Positions 1-13,295 of a stretch of DNA of 64,000 bases are shown piece after piece. Every line of letters begins with the position of its first letter. Position 1 is the first letter of the stretch. The position numbers and the translations under genes are program-made. The stretch is from NCBI GenBank assembly GCA_964016885.1, contig OZ024759.1:2976001-3040000 (forward strand). Reading direction: 5' to 3'. Source of the stretch: Eledone cirrhosa. Taxonomy: Eukaryota. A model generated the notes under the pieces. The model was given only the letters and a program-made list of their open reading frames with translations, searched no databases and was not told the origin of the DNA.

Positions 1-800
1 TATAGCCTGGATATTCTTTGTTGTACACTGTTGACTATTGCGTTCTTAACACTTTTAGGATGATTAGAATAAAAACTAACATAATTTAAGTTCTCATTGA
101 CTTTATGGAAAGGATAATAAAGGCCTGAGTTCAGATTTAGAGTCACATCTAAAAAATTGACTATTTTATTATTTTCTATTTCTAATTTCAGGTCATAATT
201 TAAAAGAAATTCTATAATTGATTTCTTTACACTATTTAATTAACTATTGTTATGTTTTTCTACAATAAATAGTATGCCGTCCCTATAATCTCCAGCAATT
301 TTCTATTTATCATGTTAAGGATAAAGATGCCCACAAGATCTGTAACTTGCGCCGAATCTGACGAACCCATAGGAATGACAAAATTCTTCGTCTATCTGCC
401 CTAGTGCAAAGATCATTATTAAAATCAATCAAGGTTCGCCTTGCTGTTAATATAATATTTATCTCCTCACTAGATAGGTTTGTGTGTTTATATGCATATG
501 ATAGCACCTTATTTAATAGATTAGGAGTTATCGAGGAATAATAACTGGCTATATCCATTTGAATGAACTTATAATTATTTTTATATTTAATATTTTTGAA
601 CCAATCTATAACTTCACTTGTGCATTTCTATAGATTTAGCTGTGATTTCAACTTAATTGTTGATAAAATCCTATCTATTATATTCTTACTAATTATTCCA
701 AGATCATTTATTTGTTTATTTCTTGCTTTTTCCTCTTCTTTTCATCCCCTTATATATTTCTACCTTGCTCTATGTCCTCTTCTTCTCTAAGTTTATCATA
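1..800 (-). mobile_element. Decayed Penelope-like element (PLE) reverse transcriptase fragment, Naiad-like, frameshifted
   Basis: ORF 310..558 (DIASYYSSIT..., RT motif A). A second frame continues NFVIPMGSSDSAQVTDLVGIFIL...GDYRDGILF (motif B plus a degenerate YRDD). Further downstream is NKIVNFLDVTLNL. Confidence 0.8.
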
Positions 801-902
801 TTATTTGTGGTATAAAAACGTTGAGATTTGGTGAAATAAATCACTGCCAATACTGGAATTGAATAATCAAAACCATAGCGGTATGTCACATATCAAATCA
901 TA

Positions 903-971
903 TATATATTTTGTCTGATGAAAACGTACTTAAACACCATTGCACCTTTGAAATATGTATAATAAAATATA
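903..971 (+). ncRNA. Minimal type-I hammerhead ribozyme-like motif (degenerate stem II)
   Basis: tatattttgt-CTGATGA...GAAA-tatgta-TA-ataaaatata, with stem I flanks complementary. Core and flanks match the motif at 20572-20636. Confidence 0.55.
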
Positions 972-1039
972 TATTTTGATTATGAGAATAATTTTCATTT
1001 ATTAACATTTGGAATAATATATATATATATATACATATA

Positions 1040-1095
<56 letters not shown>

Positions 1096-1096
<1 letters not shown>

Positions 1097-1594
1097 AGGA
1101 GGTGAATTTTATTGTAGTACAATAAAGCAATGCAGATATCGGATAAGTAGCACTCTACAGTTTGTAGGACTGGAGTATAAATAATATAAGATCAAAAGAT
1201 GGTTAAAAGAGTTCCATGTATTTTATTATGCGCATTTCAAAAACAAATGTCATCATGAGATGACATTGGCGTTTTCGTCAGGTAAAATAGGGAGACATGA
1301 TATGAAGGTTAAAAAGCACTTGCAGTTATAAATCAACATATATGTTGATTTAAAACTGCACTATTCAGAAGTGCTTTTTAACCTTCATATCATGTCTCCC
1401 TATTTTATCTGACGAAAACGCCAATGTCATCTCATGATGACATTTGTTTTTGAAATGCGCATAATAAAATACATGGAACTCTTTTAACCATCTTTTGATC
1501 TTATATTATTTATACTCCAGTCCTACAAACTGTAGAGTGCTACTTATCCGATATCTGCATTGCTTTATTGTACTACAATAAAATTCACCTCCTA
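1096..1594. mobile_element. About 500-bp near-perfect palindrome made of two inverted copies of the terminal ~240 bp of the PLE family found at 3985-7900
   Basis: The arms are reverse complements, centred on aatcaacata|tatgttgatt (1340/1341). The sequence matches 3987-4242. Flanks are (TA)n(GT)n and (CA)n(TA)n. Confidence 0.9.
1401..1471 (+). ncRNA. Type-I hammerhead ribozyme motif (mirror copy on the - strand at about 1219-1289)
   Basis: Stem I tattttat/ataaaata; CTGACGA at 1409-1415; stem II aatgtcatc/gatgacatt; GAAA at 1452-1455; palindromic helix III a-tgcgca-t; predicted AUA cleavage triplet at 1461-1463. Confidence 0.8.
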
Positions 1595-1635
1595 CACACA
1601 CACACACACACACACACATACACACACACACACAC

Positions 1636-1695
<60 letters not shown>

Positions 1696-1768
1696 GTGTG
1701 TGTGTGTGTGTGTAGTCCAATCATTGACCTCTATCAGTGACTTTTGACCTCTCTTATTAATTTTCCAG

Positions 1769-1864
1769 GTAATCCAACTGGAAGTGATGGAGCGGCCATG
1801 TCTATGACCGCGTTAAACGTCACACCTCGACCACTACTGTATCACAGGTATTCAGAACCTATAG
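1769..1864 (+). CDS. SPAG17: Probable internal exon of the SPAG17-like gene ([31 protein letters not shown]), phase 1-1
   Basis: Acceptor ttttccag, donor g|gtaata, non-repetitive open frame, and phase compatible with the exon at 10264. No clear homology recognised for this exon itself. Confidence 0.5.
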
Positions 1865-1896
1865 GTAATATATATATATATATAACATCTACACAC

Positions 1897-1951
<55 letters not shown>

Positions 1952-2018
1952 CTCACACAGACACGCATGTATACAAAAACATATATAAATACATACATGC
2001 ATACATTCACACACACAT

Positions 2019-2053
<35 letters not shown>

Positions 2054-2060
2054 CACACAC

Positions 2061-2128
<68 letters not shown>

Positions 2129-2210
2129 CAAAGGAATTGTGGTAAAGGACCAGATGGATCATAACGCACCAGAGAACTCAATAAATAGGGTAGTAGAGTG
2201 GGAAATAGGA

Positions 2211-2324
2211 AAAAGTATGACCCCGACGGCAGAGTTCAAGCCGTTTCGACGGCTACTTCTGGACTAAATTTAGTCCAGAAATAGCCGTCGAAACGGCTTG
2301 AGCTCTGCCGTCGGGGTCATACTT

Positions 2325-2326
<2 letters not shown>
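2211..2326. repeat. About 115-bp palindrome between (TA)n tracts, carrying a half hammerhead-like GAAA motif
   Basis: aaaagtatgaccccgacggcagag...ggactaaat|ttagtcc...ctctgccgtcggggtcatactttt. Confidence 0.85.
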
Positions 2327-2378
<52 letters not shown>

Positions 2379-2467
2379 TTATATGAACAGTGGGATTTGT
2401 GTTTATGCGGATCGTAGACAAATATCACTTTATGTGATGTTGAGTGTGGAGAAAACAGAAGTGACAA

Positions 2468-2564
<97 letters not shown>

Positions 2565-2566
<2 letters not shown>

Positions 2567-2860
2567 ATCATCATCATCATCATCGTTTAACGTCCATCTT
2601 CCACGCTAGCATGGGTTTGGACGGGAATTTTCCCACTTGAGGCAAGATTGGTTGTCCTGCTCGCATAGGACTGCCTGGCGGGTTTTCTACGGCTGGATGC
2701 CCTTCCTAACACCAACCACGTTTACAGTGTGGACTGGGAGGTTTTTACCGTGTTACCTACACGGCCACATTACAGCGTGGACTGTGTGTTTTTTTTTGTC
2801 GTTACACCTACACGACCTCATTTGTTTCGGACTGGATGTTGTGGTACCAACATAACATTA
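2565..2860 (-). mobile_element. Non-autonomous RTE-derived element (RTE 5'UTR-like part joined to RTE 3' end with (GAT)n tail)
   Basis: The reverse complement matches both the 5' region (about 23790-23855) and the 3' terminus (26940-27008) of the RTE LINE in this window. Confidence 0.7.
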
Positions 2861-2865
2861 CATTG

Positions 2866-2927
<62 letters not shown>

Positions 2928-3028
2928 GATATATATACACACATTTATATGAACAGTGGGATTTGTGTTTATGCGGATCGTAGACAAATATCACTTCATG
3001 TGATGTTGAGTGTGGAGAGAACAGAAGT

Positions 3029-3155
<127 letters not shown>

Positions 3156-3321
3156 CATCATTATCATTATCATCACCATTTAACATCCATTTTTCCACAC
3201 TAGTATGGGTTAGACAAGTTGTCCCATTGTGGGCAATGCTAGGTCAGGTGACATTGTCTTGCTCATTCAGAACTGGTTTGGGCTTGGTTTCTACAGTTGA
3301 ATGTCCAACCTCATTTACCAA

Positions 3322-3625
3322 CCTCATTTACAGTCAATACTGTGTGCTTTTTGTTGTGACACCTACACAACCATTTTACAGTGAATACTAGGTACTTTTT
3401 GTTGTGACACCTACAGAACCATTTTACAGTGAATACTGGGTGCTTTTTGTTGTGACACCTACATGACCACTTTACAGTGAATACTAGGTACTTTTTGTCA
3501 TGACACCTACGTGACCACTTTACAGTAAATACTGGGTACTTTTTGTCATGACACCTACATGACCATTCTACAGTGAATACTGGGTACTTTTTGTTGTGAC
3601 ACCTATATGACCACTTTACAGTGTG
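3322..3625. repeat. 48-bp minisatellite, about 6 copies, inside an RTE-derived element
   Basis: Unit approximately cactttacagtgaatactgggtactttttgttgtgacacctacatgac. Related units occur at about 2720-2815, 9165-9240, 10410-10520 and 17415-17545. Confidence 0.85.
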
Positions 3626-3940
3626 GGCTAGTGACTTCCCTGGATGTATACTTCCGCTTGTTCTCATGGGAGATATAATGGAGTGGGTAAGGTGGGGTGG
3701 TGCATACTGTATATATGCTTCAGCTTTGGCGTGTGCCCGTGGGAAGTCTAGACTCCTATAATACTGCATTTTGCCAGAGATTTCTGTCCTGTGTCATCAC
3801 CGGTGAGAGGTGCAATTGAGCAAGGTCAGCTTTTATCACCCCACCCCAAGTCTTCCTGGTCTTCCCACTCTACGTCTGAATCGACTTTAAGCGCTCTGCA
3901 CCTTTTAACGCAGCTGTCATCCTGTATATGCATCACATAT

Positions 3941-3985
<45 letters not shown>

Positions 3986-5295
3986 GTAGGAGTTGAGTTT
4001 TATTGTAGCACAATAAAGCAATGCAAATATCGGATAAGTAGCACTCTACAGTTTGTAGGACTGGAGTATAAATAATATAAGATCAAAAAATGGTTAAAAG
4101 AGTTCCAAGTATTTTATTATGTGCATTTCAAAAACAAATATCATCATGGCATGATATCTGCGTTCTCATCAGATAAAATAGGGAGGCATGATATGAAGTT
4201 TAAAAAACACTTGTGAGCAGTGAAGTTTTAAATCAACATATGAAAAATAAATTAAGATGGATGTATGAGATTGGGAAAAAGTGAGGCGGGGGTAAGGAAG
4301 AGGAGCAAATAAGAGTAAAGGGTGGTGGGGGAGGAGTATAAGAAGGAAGGATGAGAGAAGAGGAGAGATGGGTGATAGAGAGAGATAGCCTTTACAACTG
4401 AGAAAGAATATTGTCTCACAGAGACCGTTGGAAGATAATAGATAATTTAAAAGATTTTGAAATTAAAAGCTTTATGCATGAAGAAAAAGGAATTAAGAAT
4501 AGTATTAAATTAAGGTTTGTATATTGAAGGGTTTAATAATATGTGCGAAGAAAAAGAATTTATTAATATGTATTATTTAAAAAAAATATTAATGATATTA
4601 AGGATATAATGTGAAAAGAAGGAGAAGAATAAATGAGTTATGAATTTAGAGGAATTAGTTAGGGTTTAAGTTTGTTTTATGTATTGTAATATGTATACGT
4701 AAATAATATGTTTTAAATGAGTGCAGAAGGAGAGAAGAAAAAAGAATGTTTAAGGAAGAAAATATCTAACATCAAAAAGTATATATGTTTACGAAATATT
4801 TTCTAATGGTAATATTAAAAGAAATTAGTTAGGGTTTAAGTTTGATTTTATGTATTGTAATATGTAAAAGTAAAATTAAGTAGTAGGTTTAAAACGAGCA
4901 TGAAAGGATAGAAGAGATAAGACAAATTTAAGGAAGAAAAAATCTAACGTCAAAAAGTTTATATGTTTACGAAGGAATTCTAATGGTAATATTATAATGT
5001 ATTAAGAAAATAATTTTTATGGCCAATGATATGAGGAAAGATGGAAGAATGGATAATGTTGTGGTGAGTAATAATATGAATTGAGAAGTAGTTGGGAAGA
5101 AAAAGTACAGATTAGAGATTAGGAATTAAAAAGAAAAAAGAAAGAAAGGAAAATGATGAAGAAGAATGACATAGAATGAGTAAATTGTATTATATAATAT
5201 ATAATACTGAAATAAGGTAGAAAGATGGGTATATTTGTAAAAGATATATAAGCCTTTGAGAATAAAGGATTTTAAACTAGTAAGGTATTGAGATA

Positions 5296-5856
5296 TTAGC
5301 TGTATACTTTATGGAATGTTCTATGGAATTTATGCAAGCAAAGCGAAAATAAATCTGTGCGTCTATTTATTATAGAATTGAAATTAGATATAATGGTAAA
5401 TTTCTCGTCTAGGCAGAGATTACATGTTCTGGATAGGGAAGAATTCAGGTAAGGAAAGGCGGAACAAACCTTCCTCCAAGAGATGTTATAGTTAATATTT
5501 TTGTGTGTCAAGGACCATATGAGTTCCGAGAGTGCCGTGTTAGTTCTTTTAAGTTGATATCTAAAAGACGAAATGTGATTATAAAATCTTGCTTTGAAGG
5601 AAGTGGAAGTGGAACCGAAATAGGTAAACGAATTAGTATCAGTTATAACCTTACATTCATAGACTAAGTTTTTATCAAGACAATGATTATTAAGAGGACA
5701 TTTAGTTTTAATAGGGCAATTACAATTACGATTAGAGAAATTAACAGAGTTATGAACAAGTGACCTAGTATTATTTATAGAAGGAATTGGATTGGAGAAG
5801 TTATTTACGATATGAACAATAGTTTCCTGATTTAGATTGGTATTATGAACATTCAA
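5296..5856 (-). pseudogene. PLE GIY-YIG endonuclease domain (C-terminal part of a disrupted ORF)
   Basis: CNCPIKTKCPLNNHCLDKNLVYECKV...YFGSTSTSFKARFYNH...TALSELIW...CNLCLDEK. Confidence 0.85.
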
Positions 5857-6090
5857 CGAAGTTACGTTTGACGTCGTATTTAAATTTACAGAATCTAGCC
5901 TAGAGTTAACAATGACGTCGGGTATACTACTGCTATTATTATGACGCTCAGTGTTGGAAGGATGTAATTTATTATTTAATATTTTATTGTTGTGTTTAGA
6001 GATAATGTTAGAGATGTTGGAAGTGGTGGAATGAGAACATTTTATTGTATGTTTGTTAAAGATTTTACTATAGATATGTGAGGGATTTTA

Positions 6091-6530
6091 CTATAGATAT
6101 GTAAAGAATAGTTTAGGAATATTATTATTAATAGATATAGAAAAAGGAGCATTATACCAAATTATATTTTTGTATCTAGGTCTTTTATTTAAGTTATTGG
6201 AATGTTCATAATTAATTATTTTACTGTAAGACCTTCGAGGATTTGTTTCCTTACTGTATTTAATTTTATCAGGATAACCGGCTTTAGAAAGCGCATTATT
6301 ATAGTAATTGGCGTTAGCAAGGAAGATATCTTTATTAGAGGATAGATTTGAGATTCTTTTTTCAATATTAGTGACTATAGCATTTTTAATGTTAGTGGAG
6401 TGGTTAGATTTAAAATTAACATAATTTTGATTCTCATTGTTTTTATGGTAAGGGTAATATAACCCAGTGTCAAGATTAAGGGATATATCCAAGAAGTTAG
6501 CTAGTTCGACGTTGTTATCAAATTCAATTT
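6091..6530 (-). pseudogene. PLE RT C-terminal/thumb region
   Basis: FLDISLNLDTGLYYPYHK...YVNFKSNH...RISNLSSNKDIF...YNNALSKAGY...IIWYNAPFS. Confidence 0.85.
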
Positions 6531-7797
6531 TAAGTTCAATTCTATAATAAATAGACGCACAGATTTATTTTCGCTCTGCCTGCATAAATTCCATAGAAAT
6601 TCCATAAAGTATACATCTAATATCTCAATACCTTACTAGTTTAAAATCCTTTATTCTCAAAGGCTTATATATCTTTTACAAATATACCCATCTTTCTACC
6701 TTATTTCAGTATTATATATTATATAATACAATTTACTCATTCTATGTCATTCTTCTTTATCATTTTCCTTTCTTTCTTTTTTCTTTTTAATTCCTAATCT
6801 CTAATCTGTACTTTTTCTTCCCAACTACTTCTCAATTCATATTATTACTCACCACAACATTATCCATTCTTCCATCTTTCCTCATATCATTGGCCATAAA
6901 AAAATTATTTTTTTAATACATTATAATTGTTTCTACTTTAGGCACAAGGCCAGCAAAACATTATAATATTACGATTATTAAGTCCTTCGTAAACATATAA
7001 ACTTTTTGACGTTAGATTTTTTCTTCCTTAAATTTGTCTTATCTCTTCTATCCTTTCATGCTCGTTTTAAACCTACTACTTAATTTTACTTTCACATATT
7101 ACAATACATAAAATCAAACTTAAAGCCTAACTAATTTCTTTTAATATATTATATTAACATTAGAAAATATTTCGTAAACATATATACTTTTTGATGTTAG
7201 ATATTTTCTTCCTTAAACATTCTTTTTTCTTCTCTCCTTCTGCACTCATTTAAAACATATTATTTACGTATACATATTACAATACATAAAACAAACTTAA
7301 ACCCTAACTAATTCCTCTAAATTCATAACTCATTTATTCTTCTCCTTCTTTTCACATTATATCCTTAATATCATTAATATTTTTTTTAAATAATACATAT
7401 TAATAAATTCTTTTTCTTCGCACATATTATTAAACCCTTCAATATACAAACCTTAATTTAATACTATTCTTAATTCCTTTTTCTTCATGCATAAAGCTTT
7501 TAATTTCAAAATCTTTTAAATTATCTATTATCTTCCAACGGTCTCTGTGAGACAATATTCTTTCTCAGTTGTAAAGGCTATCTCTCTCTCTCTATCACCC
7601 ATCTCTCCTCTTCTCTCATCCTTCCTTCTTATACTCCTCCCCCACCATCCTTTACTCTTATTTCTTCCTCTTCCTTACCTTTTCCAGCCCCCCTCACTTT
7701 TTCCCAATCTCATACATCCATCTTAATTTATTTTTCATATGTTGATTTAAAACTTCACTGCTCACACGTGTTTTTTAAACTTCATATCATGTCTCCC

Positions 7798-7868
7798 TAT
7801 TTTATCTGATGAGAACGCAAATATCATCCCATTATGATATTTGTTTTTGAAATGTGCATAATAAAATA
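7798..7868 (+). ncRNA. Type-I hammerhead motif in the inverted arm (element-sense copy on the - strand at about 4110-4180)
   Basis: tattttat-CTGATGA-...aaatatcat...atgatattt...-GAAA-tgtgca-TA-ataaaata. Confidence 0.75.
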
Positions 7869-7896
7869 CTTGGAACTCTTTTAACCATCTTTTGAT

Positions 7897-7940
<44 letters not shown>

Positions 7941-8009
7941 GTGAAGTGAAGCACTGTTTTTATATATATCAACTCATGTGTTACCTTTCTACATTCGATA
8001 TATATATAT

Positions 8010-8286
8010 AATGAAAGAGTGAAGAATAACATGGTCAACAGTACAAAAAGGGGGTTTTATTTACAGTCTAACAATTGTTTTACTGATTAAGTTGTCTAAA
8101 AATTTCTGACAGTTCCACTCAATTTTAAATAAGTTGTTAGCATAACTAGATCATCAGATGATTTTATGATGATCTGGTTAAGCTAACAACGTATTTAAAA
8201 TTGAGTGGAACTGCTTCAAGTAGTCATGAATTTTTAGACAACTTAATCAGTGAATCAATTGTTAGACTGTAAATAAAACCCCCTTT
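8010..8286. mobile_element. Fold-back element (arms about 8047-8155 and 8168-8286), same family as 9739-9922
   Basis: ggggttttatttacagtctaacaattg...caattgttagactgtaaataaaacccc; CTGATGA on the - strand at about 8151-8157. Confidence 0.75.
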
Positions 8287-8377
8287 GTTGTAATTGTTGT
8301 TATTGTTCTAATTGAATGCCATTACTACTTCATATAGTAGCCTGTATATTCTTTTCTTGCCTGTGTATTCTCTTCAT

Positions 8378-8498
8378 TCTCGCATGCTCCGAAGATCTGA
8401 CTGGTTATAATTTTGTATTGGCGATCGAGTAACGTGAAAATAAGCGAATAGCGATCTCTAGACCTACCAGTTCAGAGAAACAATTGTCAGCTATGAGA
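8378..8498 (+). ncRNA. Type-I hammerhead-like motif with long stem II
   Basis: tctcgcatgct-CCGAAGA-tctgactggt...accagttcaga-GAAA-caattg-TC-agctatgaga; GUC triplet, palindromic helix III, U4>C core change. Confidence 0.6.
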
Positions 8499-8547
8499 TT
8501 AAAAACCTTTTTTGTATAGCAAACCATGTCAACCTTCTTTCCTGATT

Positions 8548-8649
<102 letters not shown>

Positions 8650-8701
8650 GGATAACAAAATATCGTTATAGGTAATCCAGTTAGAGGTTGTGAATACTTC
8701 G

Positions 8702-8734
<33 letters not shown>

Positions 8735-8757
8735 TAAAATAACAGATTAAAGTTTAA

Positions 8758-8797
<40 letters not shown>

Positions 8798-9351
8798 GGA
8801 AAAGAATGAAACGACGAAATTTCATTTCTCACTCTTAGTACGGCTGATACTTAAATGTAAGTATGTATGTATACGTACATACATATATGTATACAGACGT
8901 ACAGTAGTATGTATATATATACATACATGCACATATATATATATATGTACGTATCGGTTTACAGAACATTTATTACAATGCACGGTTTGTTTGTTTGTAA
9001 ACAAACAAACAGCCAGAATTACGGCGTACAGTGTTCAGGCAACCATATATATATCATCATCATCATCATCATTTTATGCCCGCTTTTCTCTGCTTGCAAG
9101 GGTGGGACGGGAACTGATTCTGGCTTGATTTCTACAGCTGGATGCCCTTCCTAACATTAACCTCATTTACAGTGAGTGGTGGGTGCTTTTTTTCCGTGGC
9201 GCCTACACATCAACTTTACAGTGTGGGCTGGGTGCTTTTGCAGTGGAATGATAGGGACCCCAGTCCTATCATCTCATTTCTACAGCTGAGTAAACTGGAG
9301 CAATGTGAAATAAAGTGTCTTGCTCAAGGAAACAACATATATATAAATATA

Positions 9352-9510
9352 AGGCAGTGAATAAGCAGAGTCGTTAGAACGTCAGATAGAATACTTTATG
9401 GTATCCGTTCCAGCTCTTTATTCTTTCGTTCAAATCCCATCGAGGTCAACTTTGCCTTTCATCTTTTTGAGGTCGATAAAACAAGTACCAGTCTAGTACT
9501 GAGGTCGATT
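9352..9510 (+). mobile_element. tRNA-derived SINE with a Nin/Deu-like central domain
   Basis: B-box gttcaaatcc followed by gtcaactttgcctttcatc...ggtcgataaaacaagtaccag. A reverse copy lies at 31944-32127. Confidence 0.75.
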
Positions 9511-9676
9511 CTTCCTCGTTATCTCTTTCTCATTTCCTCTCTCTCACTTTCTATCTCTCTCTGGAAGAAATCTGCTGTACTCAGGTCTGGAGAGGGATGG
9601 GCTCTGTCAGGTTTAAAATTCCCAAGAAACGCTGTACCCTTACGATTCTATCAGGAGTTACGGGACCATATTCTAT

Positions 9677-9731
<55 letters not shown>

Positions 9732-9738
9732 TATATAG

Positions 9739-10085
9739 TGAAAGAGTGAAGAATAGCATGGTCAACAGTACAAGAGGGGTTTTATTTACAGTCTATTTAA
9801 AATTGAGTGACACAACTTCAAGTGATTAACAATTTTTAGACAACCTAATCAATGAAACAATTGTTAGACTGTAAATAAAACCCTTCTTATACTGTTGACC
9901 ATGTTATTCTTCACTCTTTCACTTTTTATACTCCAAGATTAACTTACATAGGAATTCCCGAGAACACATATACTCGCTACCTAAAGAAACCTCTTGTTGA
10001 GTCAAACAACGCTGTATGCTAAAACTAGCCACGAATTCCCAACCTCTAATTGGATTACCTATAACGATAACTTGTTATCCCTTAT

Positions 10086-10087
<2 letters not shown>
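9739..10087. mobile_element. Fold-back PLE terminus (arms 9739-9795 and 9865-9922) plus a one-sided extension to (TA)n
   Basis: gtgaaagagtgaagaatagcatggtcaacagta / tactgttgaccatgttattcttcactctttcac; GAAA-caattg-TT half motif. The extension end matches 8643-8700 in reverse. Confidence 0.75.
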
Positions 10088-10148
<61 letters not shown>

Positions 10149-10263
10149 TCCCGCAACTCCTGATAGAATCGTCTAACCCATGCTAGAGTGGAAGATGGAC
10201 GTTAGACGATGATGATGATGATATATATATGTCTATGTGTGTGTATTATATTGTGTATTTTAG

Positions 10264-10367
10264 CTGACCGAATAACTAATATCGATACGAAGAAACCGTC
10301 GAATCTGGTTATAACTTCACCACAGTTCCAAGCAGAAGTCTCACAACAAATTAACTTGAAGAAAATG
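10264..10367 (+). CDS. SPAG17: Probable SPAG17-like exon (DRITNIDTKKPSNLVITSPQFQAEVSQQINLKKM), phase 1-0
   Basis: Acceptor tattttag and strong donor atg|gtaaga. Phases fit both neighbouring exons. Confidence 0.6.
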
Positions 10368-10814
10368 GTAAGATGTTGGCTTCTCTATATTATTGAATGT
10401 CATACAAACATTACAGAGTGTTCTGGGTGCATTTTATCACGACAACAGGTCTAACTCTTTACAGATGTACTGGGTGTATTTTGTTATGACAACAAGTCTA
10501 ACACTTTACAGAGTGTACTGTGTCTTGACACCAACACTACCATATATATGTATATATTGCTATAATCTAATGTTTTGTCTCTCATCTCTTACTCCACTGG
10601 ACAGCGGTTGGCTTGTGTCAGATACTGAGACTCCAGGTAGACTAGCAGTACCAGGGGTAGAGGTTGAAACTGCCTAACAACACCTCAATAGCTGATCACA
10701 CTGGAGTTCTGCTTACTTCGCTTGGATTTTTAAAAAACAAATTTTTAAAAGTTTCCCCTTTAAAATTGTTTTTTGTTCGTTGTCTTGTAGACTCTTTGTT
10801 ATTTTCTTAAGTTA

Positions 10815-11246
<432 letters not shown>

Positions 11247-11251
<5 letters not shown>

Positions 11252-11779
11252 TAAACGAAATAGAAAATGCTGACAAATTGTTCACAGTTGAAAAATGGTT
11301 TAATTAGGAATAAAAGAGTATTAGTGATTGTATGGGTTAGTATTCAGTTGTGGTTTTAAGTTTTTAAGCTTTTTACCGGTTGCGCATTTCTAAATGCTTT
11401 TCAAAAATAATTTTGAGATAGAGTGTCCGTGCTGTTTGCTCTGATCTGATTAGTTTTGGGAATTCTACCTGTTTTTATGTTAAAAAAGTGGCTCCAGCGT
11501 TATTTTTGTGTTGCGAAAATGCTTGTGGTCAAAACAATTTTGATTGGTCGGTAGAGGTCATGTGAATGTAAAAAGTTGATTTTGCGCCAAGACTGTTTTT
11601 ATGTTAAAATGTTAAAAAAGTGGCTCCAGCAAAAATTATTGGTCAAAACAATTTTGATTGGTCGGTAGAGGTCATGTGGATAAAAAGTTGGTTTTGCGCC
11701 AAGAATGAGAAATGACTCTTTCACAACAAATATGTGTGTGTGTGTGTATGTGTATGTGTGTGTGTGTGTGTGTGTGTGC

Positions 11780-11813
<34 letters not shown>

Positions 11814-13256
11814 AGTAGTAGTAGTAGTAAGGTGTTCGATGCTGCGACAATGGCCAGCAGCGATGTGTGTCAAATGGCTATTAAGATAAGTGTGTGTGTG
11901 TGTGTGTGTGCATATATATAGCAGAGTCATTCGAAGGTCAAAAGATATTTTTCAGCTTTTGTCTTATACGGAGAAGTGCGTGTGTGTGTGTATAAGTCTC
12001 TTTGTATGTTGATGTACGCGTGTGTATGTGTTTGTGTATATATGTGTGTGTGTGTGTGTGGGTGGACCAGTATTTTTTTCCCCCTGGTAAAATGGTGTAC
12101 ATTATTCGATTTTTTCAGTAAAATCGGTTCTCTTAATAGAACATCAAAAATCTTAACAATAAAAGGTGTGAAATGATATTCACTATATATATACACACAC
12201 ACACATTCACTACATATATATATATATATATATATACATATATACATACATATATATGCACATATATTTTTTTGTATTGCACCATAGAGCATGTGTGTTT
12301 ACGTGTGTCATTGTGTTTATATGTGGGTAGAGATGTGTGCTGAAGTAGGTATGTATGTTGACGTGTGTATGTTGTGGGTTCGTCTTAGGGAGAAGTGTTT
12401 AGACGGGGTCCGTATTTGTTAATGAAGTAAGATTCCTTGCTGATGCGCTGGGTGTGGGTGGCATTATCTTTAAATTTGTAGAGGGGAAAGATTCTGAAGT
12501 TGGGATGATTTTGCGCGGCACAGGTATCAATGTGTTCACTCAGTGGTATTTTCCTGTATTCTTAATTTGGGATCTATGGACAGTCATGCGTTGGCGGAGG
12601 CTGTTTATGGTCTGGCCTATGTATTGTTCTCGACAACCTGAACAAGTTAATACATATATTAGATTTTCCGATGCACATGTGAAATTGTGTTTTACTATAA
12701 AACGTTGTCCATCTTTGAAATAGAATTCCGAACCCTCTATTAGGTTGATGCAAATGCCACAGTTGGGTCTATCGCATTTTTTTACTGTGGGTTTCGTTGT
12801 TGTGGTTGGCAGTACTTTGGCATGTGTTAGGATATTTTTCATTGACTTGGATTGTTTTTTGCTCTTTATGATATCGTGTGTTCGTAGAATTTGGTTCATT
12901 CTATGGTCCTTTTTCAATACAGGGATGTTCTGGAGGATGGTGTCAAAGGCCTCATTGTTGAGGGGGTTGTGTGTGGAGATGTATGGAAGAGCTTTTAGTT
13001 TTGGTTGATTTACTTTAGGGTGTCTAAGGTCCTGGGTACTGAGTTTTAGGGCACGTTGGATTCCATTGTCAATTAGTGATGCAGGGTAGTCCCTGCCTAT
13101 GAGTGTGTCCTTTAGTTCTTGTAGCCGTAAGTAGCAGATGTTTTTATTGGAGACTTTATTCCTAATTAAACCATTTTTCAACTGTGAACAATTTGTCAGC
13201 ATTTTCTATTCCGTTTACCAATATATAATAACTTGTGTGTTACACCTCTATTCTTT

Positions 13257-13260
<4 letters not shown>
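11247..13260 (-). mobile_element. 5'-truncated Neptune-like PLE (thumb, Zn-finger linker, GIY-YIG) with a short inverted terminal duplication
   Basis: ORF 12540..13202 contains RDYPASLI...KCDRPNCGIC...FTCASENLIYVLTCSGCREQYIGQT...RMTVHRSQI, then KESYFINKYGPRLN at about 12390-12450. 11247-11313 is inverted at 13154-13223. A degenerate hammerhead lies on the - strand at about 11370-11408. Confidence 0.88.

Positions 13261-13289
<29 letters not shown>

Positions 13290-13295
<6 letters not shown>

Larger units (their letters stand above)
3985..7900 (-). mobile_element. 5'-truncated Penelope-like element (Naiad-like) with a ~1.3-kb inverted terminal duplication, between (TA)n tracts
   Basis: About 4075-5382 is the reverse complement of about 6535-7898. 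The spacer encodes the RT thumb and GIY-YIG endonuclease on the - strand. Hammerhead motifs lie in both arms. Confidence 0.9.

Noticed and set aside
9352-9440. Possible tRNA genes (also about 19290-19362)
   Set aside because: Only A/B-box remnants fused to SINE bodies; no cloverleaf.
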